A DNA stretch of 64,000 nt. Origin: Harriotta raleighana (taxonomy: Eukaryota). A model generated the notes under the pieces. It was given only the letters and a program-made list of their open reading frames with translations. It had not been told where the DNA came from and did not search any database. The translations under genes were made by a program, and so were the position numbers. Below, in pieces: positions 48,170 through 59,469 of the stretch (the stretch's first letter is position 1; the number at the start of each line of letters is the position of its first letter). The stretch is taken from the NCBI GenBank assembly GCA_050575255.1, contig JBNZDD010013458.1, forward strand, positions 376,432 to 440,431, in the 5' to 3' direction.

Positions 48170-50335
48170 ATTATGTAATAACATACGACTGAGATATGAT
48201 AAGTGTCAGGCCCAGAATACAGAATTCAACCAAAATCGGAATATAGGAAGTGCCGGAGAGAACTAAAAAAAGAAAGATAGAGGGGCAAAAAGAATGCATG
48301 AGAAACAATTAGCAGGTAACATTATAGGGAATCCTAAGGTATTTAACAAACATATTAAGGGTAAAAAGATTGGCCAAGAGTAGGGTGGGGCCAATAAGGG
48401 ACCAAGGAGGAAATTTTGGTTGAGGGCATGGCTGATGTACTGAATGAGCACTTTGCCTCTGTCTTCACAAGAGAAGAAGATGCAGCCAATGTCACAGTAT
48501 TGGAGGAGAGTGTAGTATAAATGGATAAGATAAGCATAACCAGAGAGGAAGTACTAAAAAGGTTGACGGCGCTCAAGGTAGACAAGTCACCCGGTCCGGA
48601 TGGGATGCATCCTAGGTTACTAAGGGAAGTATGGGAGCAAATAGCAGAGACTCTGGCCACAATCTTTCAATCCTCCTTGGAGACAGGGGTGGTACCAGAG
48701 GACTGGATGGTGGCTAATGTTACTCCCCTGTATAAAAAGGGGCAGAAGGACAAACCTGGGAACTACAGGCCAGTCAGTCAGTAGTGGGCAAACTTCTAGA
48801 GTCTATAATCAGGGACAAAATAGATCTTCACTTAGAAAAATATAAGCTAATAAAGGACAGCCAGCATGGATTTGTTAAAGGCAAATCTTTCCTTACAAAT
48901 CTAATATAATTTTTCAACGATGTAACAGAATGGGTGGACGAGGGCAGCGCAGTTGATGTAATTTACATGGTCTTTCAAAAGGCATTTGACAAAGTGCCGC
49001 ATGAGAGACTTATTTGGAAGGTAGAGGCCCATGGCATTAAAGGCTCAGTGGCAGAGTGGATCCACAACTGACTGCGAGACAGAAAGCAGAGGATTGGGTG
49101 AGAGGCTGCTTTTCAGACTGGAGGGAAGTGTGCAGTGGCATCCCCCAGGGATCAGTTTTGGGACTATTGCTCTTTTTAATATACATTAATGATTTGGGTT
49201 TAGGGAGTATGATTTCCAAGTTTGCAGATGATACTAAGTTAGGGAGAATAGTAAATAGTGAGGAGGATAGTAGCCATCTGCAAGAGGATATAGATAAAAT
49301 GGTAAAGTGGGCAGACACATGGCAGATGAAGTTTAATACAGAGAAGTGTGAGGTGATACACTTTGGGAGAGGAAATGAAGGGAGCCAATATAGGCTAGAT
49401 AGTATAATTTTAAGGGATGTGAACGAACAGAGAGACCTGGGGATTTGTGTTAGTGACTCTTTAAAGGTGGCAGGACAGGTAGACAAAGCCGTTAAGAAGG
49501 CATATGGGATACTGGGCTTTATAAATAGGGGTATAGAGTACAAAAGTTAGGAGGTGCTGATTAACCTCTATAAAACTTTGGTTAGGCCTCAGCTGGAGTA
49601 CAGTGTACAATTCTGGTCACCACACTTTAGGAAGAATATTAAGGTATTGGAAAGGGTGCAGAGGAGATTTACTAGGATGGTACCAGGAATGAGAGACTTC
49701 AGCTATGAGGAAAGGCTAGATAGAATAGACTTATTCTCTCTAGAACAAAGAAGATTGAGAGGAGACCTAATAGAGGTTTTTAAGATTATGAGAGGTTTCA
49801 ACAGGGTGAATAGGGAAAGACTGTTTCCACTGGTGGGCGAATCAGTGACTCGTGGTCACAGATTTAAAATAGTTTCAAAATGAAGCAGAGACGAGCTGAG
49901 GAGAAATTTTTTCACTCCGCGGGTTGTTTGAATCTGGAATGCATTGCCTGAAAAGGTGATGGAGGCAGATTCCATAACAGCTTTTAAAAGAGAACTAGAT
50001 CTTTAATTAGGAAGAGCAGATCTGTTAGGTTATCAATCAATCAATCAATCAAAATTTTATCTATATAGTGCCTTTCACGTAGGGAGGATGTCCCAAGGCG
50101 CTGTACAGTCAAGTAGGGGGGAAGGGGTCGGGGGAAGGAAAGTAGGAAAAATTGACTGTATATTTGTGGGCGAAACGCGGCAGCCAAATTGCGCACAGCA
50201 AATAATGTCTATGGAGTGTGTTGGTTATGGAGAGAAAGTTGGGCAGTGGGATTGAGTTGATCTGTTCAAAGAGCTGGCACAGACTAGATGGGCCGAATGG
50301 CCTCCTTTTGTGCTGTATAATTCTATGATTCTCTG
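48170..50335 (+). mobile_element. CR1 LINE, about 2 kb, 5'-truncated, disrupted RT
   Basis: DKSPGPDGMHPRLL, PGNYRPVS, GIPQGSVLG.LLFLIYINDL, FADDTKL, RPQLEY; CR1 3'UTR; interrupted at 50034-50222. Confidence 0.95.
50034..50222 (-). mobile_element. 5'-truncated copy of the (TTGA)n-tailed composite element, inside CR1, with GGTTAT TSD
   Basis: Collinear with 37729-37905; GGTTAT at 50028-50033 and 50223-50228. Confidence 0.85.
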
Positions 50336-51538
50336 ATATTTAATTTATTTAAAAGATATGTAAGCATATCAAATATTTAAAAAAAATCTAAAGTAGTTAA
50401 TAATAATCCTTGCATTTGATATTGTGCCTTTCACATCAGGAGAATGTCTTCAATCACTTTATAGGATATATGCAAAGTTAATGTCTGTAACTTGTAGAAT
50501 GTTTTGAACTAGGTTAACACAAATTCTGAAACTATCCCCAGGAAAGGATGTTGCTGTCTGTGTTGTGCAATCTTTACTTTAAATCATTTCATTTTATGTC
50601 AGGTCAGTGTCAGCACACTCCATAGACATTATTTGTGTAACTATCATTTGTATTGAACTGTGACAAAAAAGAGTCAAATATACTTAGATAAGATTTCAAT
50701 CAGCACTGTGTTCAGGGCTATGGTTTGATCAGAATATAATTTAGTGTCTCACTGTACATTCCGATTAGATACCAGGAGATAATGTGGCCTGTGACTGATC
50801 AGCATTATATCAAACCACAAACGCTCATACCACAAAGACATGCAGGGGATGTAACCCATTCAAATTGATGTTTGGGACATTTTCTATTTGCAATGTTTCT
50901 TTGTGAACGCCTGAGAAAAGGTATATTATTGCTCTCTCTCTCATGGGAATGAATACCAGTTGAGCAAAAGTCTGCATATAGGAGTAATACAGTATTTACA
51001 AGGTTCCCTGTTTGTGTCATAACATAGCAACTTATAGGAGTTAATTGATCCTTTAATTTGACTCAAAGTGTGTACATTGTCCAGTAAACAATGTTTTCAA
51101 TTACATCATCAATCCTCCTTTCAACAATATTGAGTTGAAGAAAACCAAAATAAGACAACTTAAATGTAATTACAAATATTTTTATATGTTTTAAGGGGTC
51201 GTGATGGTAAGATTTTTTCTGTGGAGTGTTCTATTAAGGAAGATCACTGCAATTTGGGAATTTATATAAACATTAAGTCAAAATCTCTCAATCCAGTCCC
51301 CATGAAACCATTTTTAACAAGCAGTGTATATATGTTCATGAAGTGCAAGAATATTTCTATTACAGTATCTGGTTTTCCTTGAGACTTACCAGTTTTAAAC
51401 CTCCGATTCTGTGTTTATGGTTAAGTTCACTAATTAATTTCTATTCTTTAAAGGATCTAGACTATGTTCAATATTCATTTAGCAATTAAAACAAATTCAG
51501 CTCTTTGGGTCTTTCTTGTTTGTAACACGTATCTTATA

Positions 51539-51875
51539 GGAGCTCCTGTGGCTCAGTGGTTAGAGCACTCGCCTTACATGCCTTACAAGCATGAGGCCTG
51601 TGTTCGAATCCAGGCAGATCAGGGCGAAACCTTGGGCAAGTTTCCTTACTCCACATGCCTAATAATAATCCCTCCAAAAAAAACTACAATAATAAAATTG
51701 GTCATTTCAATCCACGACTGTTTGTGGGACACTGCTGTGCGCAATTGGCTGCCGCGTTTCGCCCACAAATATACAGTCAATTCACTTTACAGTATATTCT
51801 GTGAAGCGCTTTGGGACGTTGATAAGATGTGAAAAGCGCTATATCAAATGCAAGGATTATTATTATTATTATTAT
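51539..51875 (+). mobile_element. Young full-length tRNA-derived SINE (CORE-like + Deu core + L2 tail; resembles SINE2-1_CM)
   Basis: A box TGGCTCAGTGG, B box GTTCGAATCC, CCTTGGGCAAG, TGTTTGTGGGACACTGCTGTGCGCAATTGGCTGCCGCG, tail GCAAGG(ATT)n; CpGs intact. Confidence 0.92.
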
Positions 51876-52186
51876 TCTAACCTTAGGTCTTAGTGCACTT
51901 ATCTCTGAAATCTTCAGTGCATGAATATTCATTTGAAGCTAGGCCCTAAACTGCATAGTATGTTCTAAATGTTGCCTCACCATTCATATGAAATGCAAGG
52001 ATTATTGTTACCTACTTGAATCAAGAATAGTTTGTTTTTAGTTATGTTAATGAATAGCTAGTACATCTGAGATGCTCGCTGGTGCTTGATCCAAAGCTTC
52101 ACATTGCCCGCAAGAGTATTGGTTATGATAACGCGATTAATTCAGTAAAGACATTCCTGGTGATTTCTTTCCCTGTTTTTCTGCAG

Positions 52187-52285
52187 GCCTTACAGTACAT
52201 TTCTGTATTTGTTGATAATGGATCCAGCTCTCCCATCACCATTCAAAATGGCTCAGATTTCACAGGAATCCTCCTGGGCATGTAA
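52187..52285 (+). CDS. ERFE: ERFE last coding exon
   Basis: [32 protein letters not shown]-stop; TTCTGCAG acceptor; the 8 exons total 963 nt = 320 aa plus stop. Confidence 0.95.
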   Translation, partial: ALQYISVFVDNGSSSPITIQNGSDFTGILLGM

Positions 52286-53109
52286 AAGCAGCTGTTGTCT
52301 CCCCCCCCACCCCCTCCCCTCTCTCTCTCTCCTTCTCCATCCACGTCTTACTTTGCCCCGCATGCCATATTGACCAGGAAGCAGATTTATTGTAATACTG
52401 AGAAAACAAGGGATGAGTTCAAGGACTGCTGGAAATTAAAAGACATTAGCTGGATTTTCTGATCTAAATCCTTTGGATGTTATAGAGAAATATTTTCATG
52501 TATTGTTCTTACATTTTTTTCTCTGGATCAGCGCCTGGGTTGTCGGTCACTCAGTCGGGACCTTTCAAAGCTCTTACAATGCCAGAAAGCTCTTTGCAAC
52601 TTGAAGTGACCTTATGAATTTCCAGAAACTTGAGTATTTTCAGGATGAGTAGGCCATGTTTTTATCAAGAGTGCAAACTCCAATGAGCTTTTTCACTCAG
52701 TCTCCCCTCCTGCCCTATGTCTTTAACCTAAAACACTACGCTTTTCTTCCAGGAAGCACGTCTCCAAAGTTCCTGCTTACTCCTCTTTTTTGGAAAACAA
52801 TAATTTATGAAATCTTCAAGTCACAAACCTGTTCTAAGCCTCCTTCTGTTTCTTGCTGCTTTGGGTTTTGTATTGGTTAATTATGCTGCTCAGTCCTGTT
52901 ACAAGGCACTCAAGCATCCATATTCTTGTCAAGAGACAAAAAGGCACAGTTTATGATGAATTTCTACAAATGAGCAGGCTTGTGTGATAGAAGTTTCCTG
53001 ATTGCCATATCTTTTCCCAGAGAATTGGAAAACTGGTTAACATTTATGATTGGCAAGAATAACAGTTTTCAAACCCATATGAATCTACAACTGTAAGGCA
53101 AACAATTAA

Positions 53110-53400
53110 ACTCCCCTAGTTGCTCAGTGGGTAGAAGGATGGAAATTGAGTCAAACAAACCAGAAAGTACTCAGATTCATGAATGCCCTGATAAATTAGC
53201 TGATTTGGGGAGCTACAATTGGCCACATGCACGTGCTCAGGACGGGAGAAACATTAACAGGAGATCCTGCTTCTACTTGCTATCCAGTGCTTCCTGCTGG
53301 GAAATGCATATCAGGTGAAGGATAGCATCAGCCACAACCAACATGACCCCCAAAGTTGAACCTCACTGACATGGATAGTCATTGATTGAAGCAGACCTTT
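53110..53400 (+). mobile_element. AmnSINE2-like ancient SINE downstream of the ERFE stop codon
   Basis: GCTCAGTGGGTAG...TGAGTCAAACAAACCAGAAAG...TTAGCTGAT...GCTACAATTGGCC...GCTATCCAGTG..CCTGCTGG...ATCAGGTGAAGG. Confidence 0.65.
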
Positions 53401-54874
53401 GGGAAAGTGGAAAAATCAGATTTTACATTGTACGTGAAACAGCGATTCACAGGATCACTGATCTCCATCATCCCTGATTTTGTTCAGATGCATAAAAAGA
53501 AAAGATCCAGGATCTTATGGATCAGCACATGTTACAAAATATTCAATATTGATATTTGAGTTATTGCTTCATGATGTTCCACTATGTAGTCTACTAATCC
53601 CAATGACCTGAATTAGGAAGGCTTCCCTTGAAGAACAAAGGTCAAATTGCAGAGAGAATAACTCCAAGGAGCTCATCACACATCTCTCATTGGCATTGAC
53701 GAAGTCCAATGCCAATCCATGTGATGGGAAATGGTGTGTTCTTTAGGAGATGTTAAAGAAGGGAACAAAACCTAATTAAATACAGAACATGCATTGGGGA
53801 GAAACTGTTTCCAGAATGTAAACCATGGATTAATGAAAGGGCATGTTACTCTCAATTATTCAGCTTGTTCACAAAACATTACTTTCTGTGGCAATTTTAA
53901 GTTTAATTACGTGGTGATCATTGGCTTGGTGCTGATAGTTTTATGATCCTGTATAAACTGAAACAATCAACAGGAAAGAAAAATGAATCAGAGAGGGGCA
54001 AACCGATTGGATTTGATAGAGGAGGGGAATCCTGCTCAAGGAAAGGATTAAAAGAGAACATGAAAAACAAAGAGACAGTGAATGTGTCTGAACTGAAGGA
54101 CTGAAATTTGCAGGAAGGATACAGAAATATAATGGAAAGAGGGAAGAGGACAATCTCAGTAAAAAAAAACACAGATGTATCTAGGAGAGAAATACATTGG
54201 AAAAATAAGGTATAGATTACTAACTTTGAGGGTGATCAAGACAATGAAATCCCCATCACTATTGTAAATTCCTATTGTTTTCTTTACCTTCAGTTCTTCA
54301 ATGGTTAAACACAGATATAAAGTGATGTTTTGGGAATTAAATAAGATTATTATGGTACAAATATGATTATAAATGTTTGTATAAATCACAGTACAAAAAT
54401 ATTGCAGTAACCATAACAGATATCAACTAAATCTTACAGTGCAATTGATTTACATTAAACACTCCAGTCTCTCTCGCCATTTATTGTGCAACCTGTACCC
54501 TTAATGCATAACTGCCGTATTATATATACCAGAGAGTAAATTTTTCTGTGATAAATTGTAAAATATAGCTTGGTAAAACTACATGTCTCGTCCAATTACA
54601 TCTCCAGGTCCTGACACAGCATCCCATGCATCTTTGGGTTTCATTTATACTTTAAGTCTCATCACAGGATGAAATATACCTTCAGACCGATCTCATTGTC
54701 AATATCATACCTTCACACTACATCTCATCAAACCAATTTGAACTTCATATAAGAATGTACACAACCAAAGACAATTATTGCTCAAGTGACCAATCCTAAA
54801 ATTCATCCAACTTCCAGCCCATTTTCACATTGGATTACATTTATACTCTCCAATCTCACCCCAATTAGAACCCT

Positions 54875-55370
54875 AATGCAGAAGAAGGCCATTCGGCCCT
54901 TGGTATCTATTAAGAGCAATCCTTTCATTCCTAGATATCTGGTTTGTCACTATACATTTTTAATATATTTATATAGCTCCCTTTTGGAAGCTAATATGGA
55001 TTCTACCTCAACATCTGCTCCCATTAGTACATTTGATATCCTAACCATTCTGTGTGTAAAATAAAATTCTCCTAATCTCCCCATTTGCTTGTTTGCTAAT
55101 TATCTTAAATTAATCCCTCTAGTTACTGACTCACCAGCCACTGGGAATAGCTTCCCAAGATTGACTCTATCCAAACCCCTCATAATTTTAAAGACCACTA
55201 TCATGTCACCCCTCAACCTTCTTTGTTCCAAAAGAAAAAAAAGCCATGTTTCCTCCATTCTCTACTCATAGGCCAAACCACACATTCTCAGTATAATCTT
55301 AGTAAATCTCTATGTACTCCCACTATTGCCTTGATGTCTTCATTCCAAGTACAATTCTTCCAAGTGCACC
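54875..55370 (-). mobile_element. Old CR1 3' fragment
   Basis: GAAGGCCATTCGGCCC...CCCCTCATAATTTTAAAGACCAC...CCCCTCAACCTTCTTTGTTCCA (reverse of RLRGD.I.VFKI). Confidence 0.7.
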
Positions 55371-55374
55371 TTCA

Positions 55375-55485
55375 TATAATAATAATCCTTGCATTTGATG
55401 TAGCACTTTTCACGTTTTATCGACGTCTCAAAGCGCTTCACAGAATATACTGTAAAGTGAATTGACTGTATATTTGTGGGTGAAT
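55375..55485 (-). mobile_element. SINE 3' fragment
   Basis: Reverse complement of the SINE tail. Confidence 0.85.
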
Positions 55486-55559
55486 ATATCACCCCATAAG
55501 ACTATTATGCCCTGAATGCTCCGTTAACACCGGCCTTGGGTCAGTGCTTTGCACCACAC

Positions 55560-55990
55560 TGAGAGGAATCTGTTGCCTTTTACATATTGAGCAATTGATG
55601 CTTAGAACAGCAGCACAAGCAGTGGATCAATGGAAGAAATAGTACAAGTATAAGACAAGGTAAACTAAGAACTGTGGCATTACTCAAATAAACTACAAAA
55701 TACATTTACCTTAACCATTAATTAATCTAGAATTGATTCCATTTACAGTGCCCCTCACTATGGAGTGTTGTAACAGAGTGCCCACTGTTATAATAGTTGT
55801 CTTTAAGAACTACAATGCCCATATTTCAGCTGCAAGGGAGTTCCTGTTCTTTGGGCATTGGTGATTACACCTTCCCACTGTCAACAATATCAAGCACCAA
55901 TGATGCCTGAACACCACTTCGCTGGTGGCGTCAATCCCAGATCCTGTGCAACAGCAGCAAATTATAAAGGCGGTGTTGGGGGGGAAAGAG
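55560..55990 (+). pseudogene. Putative fossil PIF/Harbinger transposase
   Basis: Ordered decayed motifs (G>stop)AID, HYSN.LQ and LR...IF...QG...IGDYTFPL. Confidence 0.4.
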
Positions 55991-56199
55991 GATCGGGTTC
56001 TGGAATTAATTGACCCGACAAGTCTGACCCTTATTCAAAAATTTTTAAATGTTAACAGTGGAATGCCACAGCATGTCACTCAGTGTCTTGAAGAGAACGA
56101 TAGGTTAATGTTTCAGACATAATCTTTTATAAGAACACATCTTTGCCTCTTTCAGCTGCTGAATAACCTTCTGGACATTTCCAGGATTTATAATATGTA

Positions 56200-56475
56200 A
56201 TGATAATCCTTGCATTTGATATAATGCTTCTAGACACATCTAGATGTCTCGAAGCACTTCACAGAATCCACTGTAAAGTGAATTGACTTTATATTTGTGG
56301 TTGAAATCCAGTGGCCAATTGCACACAGCCGTGTCCCACAAACCGTCGTGGATTGCGTGGCCGAATTATTGTTGTTTTCTTCCTTGAGAAATAATTATCA
56401 AGCATGTGTAGTAAGGAAACTTGCCCAAAGTTGCTTGCTAAGCAAGTGCTCTAACCACTGAGCTACAAGACTCCA
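56200..56475 (-). mobile_element. SINE inserted in a decayed Penelope-like terminus (about 56060-56505)
   Basis: Reverse SINE from tail to head; flanks GGTTAATGTTTCAG...CTGGACATTTCCAG and ATTTCTGGTTGTATTTCACATTTGCAGC. Confidence 0.7.
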
Positions 56476-59469
56476 TGATTTCTGGTTGTATTTCACATTT
56501 GCAGCTTTAAAGATTTGGGGGGGCATTCTCCCAATGCGGAATTTTCAGCCTTCATCTGGCGAGCATGTTGTTCAAAAGGGAGAAGAAAAAAACAAATGGA
56601 TTGAAATACCCACCATGCACCCAGAAAGCGATGTTCAATAAAATAAATTTTAAAAAAACTACAACATATATCTGAAAGCTGAAAGATGTCTGTGAATACT
56701 CATTTGGCATAAAGGTATTCGCTTAACAATAAAAAAAATGTGTGTAGGTTTCATCCATATATTTTAGTGCGAGAGATGTTTATCTGGGAAATTAATTTGA
56801 AGAACATAGTTGTGCACTAAACCTTTGTTTCTTCAATGTCAATAGAGAAAGTGCTGGGCACCAAAAATGAGAAGAGAGTGGGGCTCAATAATTCAACCAA
56901 TATAGCATAAGGCAGATCTTAGGGTGAGAGAATATTTGAACACAACTTCCAAATCTTGACTTGTGTTGCAAGTACAATTTTCTGTGAATGATGTGGCTGT
57001 TTCGCAATATATCACATGTCACTCACACCCGTAACTAGCTGGTGATACTGTCATATCCTACCAGTAAACTGTCTGTACCAACCCCTCATATTGTGATCTG
57101 ACTGGCAGGAACTCACATCCTGCTTTAAATGTGTTAAACTTGACGTGCTTATAACCTGTTAATAAAGGTCTTCTCTGAAACATAACATCTGTGGGACGAA
57201 GGTGACAATCAGATTCAAAAGTGAAGTCATTGTGCGTAATACCGTGGAGTCTTTTGGAATATAAAGAACAGATTCTGGGATATACATACATATATTATAT
57301 ATATAATATGAAGTGAAGTGCTTCGGAACATCTCAACACCGTGGTAAAATGCTATATCAAATGCAAGGATTATTATTATATAATTGTATATATTTATCCT
57401 GATGATAAGGAGCAGATAATTCTAATAGTCCTATATATTTGATAGAGTTCTGTATCATCTATTGGAGATGACTTCATGGGATTTACTCTGAATTGTAGTG
57501 ATTGTGTATTTGTAAGGAAATGTGGCAACCAATTTTGCATGAAGCAATGAGCCAAAAACAGTCATGAAGTGAAAGAACTACTTTATGTGAACACTGTCAT
57601 TCCTTCTGTCTACTAGATTCCTCATACCATTCTTTACAAAGCTTCATATACTGTAATTGTATTTGCTAACAGTGATAATTTTTCTATTCTAAACAGAAAC
57701 AGCATTTTGTGGCCAAGCTTTCTTGCGAGTCTGGGAATCCTAATTATAGTCAGACAAGGTCCATTTACTTTATCAATCTTATGAAATCAATGAAAACTAA
57801 GGTAAAGATTATACTGTTTCTTTTTTCAAAAACTCTTGCCATATACAAATTGTTATTTTTTGAAAATCAAATTATGTTTACAATTGATAGGATATTGAAA
57901 ATTACAAAGTGCTTCATACGAAATACAATGTCTATGGAACCAATTCTAATTTGAATTTCAGTACTAAATTTTAACATGTGAACCACAATTAAATTACTGT
58001 AGTGTACTTTTTAATCTCTTAGATGGCATAATACACAACAGCATTAAATCATTTTTAAAAATAGTATTTTGATATGGTCTATCTGGTGTTCAGTTTAACA
58101 CCATTATTCATTTTCTTCATGTCCACTAGGTTTTGTAATCAATAGCTTCTAAATCATTGTTGATTTACTTAATGGATTCTTTCCTACTGATTAATCTGTG
58201 CTGGATTCTCCCATCACTCAATCATAAATACTGAATATTGTATTTTCTTTCACAATCCAAGCAAGCTGCTGGTGCTCAACCCACTTGATTTCTTAACAAT
58301 TGTTCTTGTTTCAAATCAATGGTGTGTACTCACATAGGCATCCCATCCTACCTGTAATTCACTCTGAGTATTCATAACACTCAAGGAAAATAGTCACCCT
58401 ATGTAAAACTCGTCTGAAAGATTTGAATTGTACGTCTAGTCCCCTGGCAAATGAGATTGAAACTGTAAATTTATAGGTGTGTTATGAACTTTGAGTTCAA
58501 TATAGATTGGAGTGATGGATAAGCAAGTAAAAATATATATTTTTTAGTAAGATCAACTTCATTTACCTGTTTTCTTTCTGCATTCCTTAATCTACTATTT
58601 CTAGAAAACTATACTTGTTGAACCCTCTGAATGACAGTAAGTCACCTGATATAAGGTGAAAGATGCATTCGCAGGAATGTGAGAGCTGAGCATTACTCGG
58701 GCTCCACCAACAGAGGCTATAGGCAATGCCAGCCTGGCAGCTTGGTCAATCAATACTGTCAGAGAAGAACTGCATCCCCCCAACACCACCCACCTCCTCC
58801 CTCTGCATCAAGTCTTCTTTTCATTATAACAAACAAAATACATAGAATGAAACCAGCCTTACAAATATCACTGGGCTGTAACTGTCTAGCTACATCAAGC
58901 TGGTGCACTCATTATTTGCAAAGTATGTGGGCTGACTTGGTGGCGGGTGGGGGGAGTCAGCTCAGTGATGGGATGGGAGATTCTGCTCAGCCAGTTTCTG
59001 ATAGCACAAGAGAGATCAGAACGAGAGATAGCCTCAGTGTGGCGCCTGAATCTCCTGCTAGACAGAACATACTGTAGCTCTGTCCTCCTGGCAAATACAG
59101 CTCCCCCAGCATTATTGATCGACAGATTTACTACAGTCCAGATTAAGGGCTCTTTAACCCTGTCCCATTCACAATAGCCCCAGTGCTGAAGAGACACTTC
59201 TCTCCTCAGTAGTGGAGTGAGAAAGAGAGGAACAGGGGAAATTTCCATTTAAGGAATTTTCCGTTATAAGGCAGTCATGTTAAGGTAACTAAATTTACCA
59301 ATTGCAGAAGATCATTCAAATTCAAAGCCTAATTTAATGATTTGATGATGAATACAAGGGGTCATTTTAGAGACAGTGATATTGCAGTAATCAATTTGTA
59401 CTGTAGCATTCTTTGTCATGCTCTGTGAAATACTGTACAATATTTACTAATGTGGTTTAGCATCAGGCG

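Noticed and set aside
51539-51620. tRNA gene
   Set aside because: The A and B boxes belong to a SINE head that continues into SINE body and tail; no complete cloverleaf
20566-52285. Calling the gene C1QTNF12 (adipolin)
   Set aside because: DPHDTWLLFV..SEKGVN, GLNLTSG.Y.AP, the longer collagen stretch and adjacency to KLHL30 favour ERFE
52747-52755. STAT5 site TTCCAGGAA (others at about 12271 and 14906)
   Set aside because: Isolated 9-mers are expected by chance in 64 kb; one lies in a transposon and I found none close to ERFE exon 1
52286-54600. Iron-responsive element in the ERFE UTRs
   Set aside because: The CAGTGN occurrences I checked (about 53125, 53285, 54076, 54437 and 20166) lack the 5-bp upper stem with bulged C
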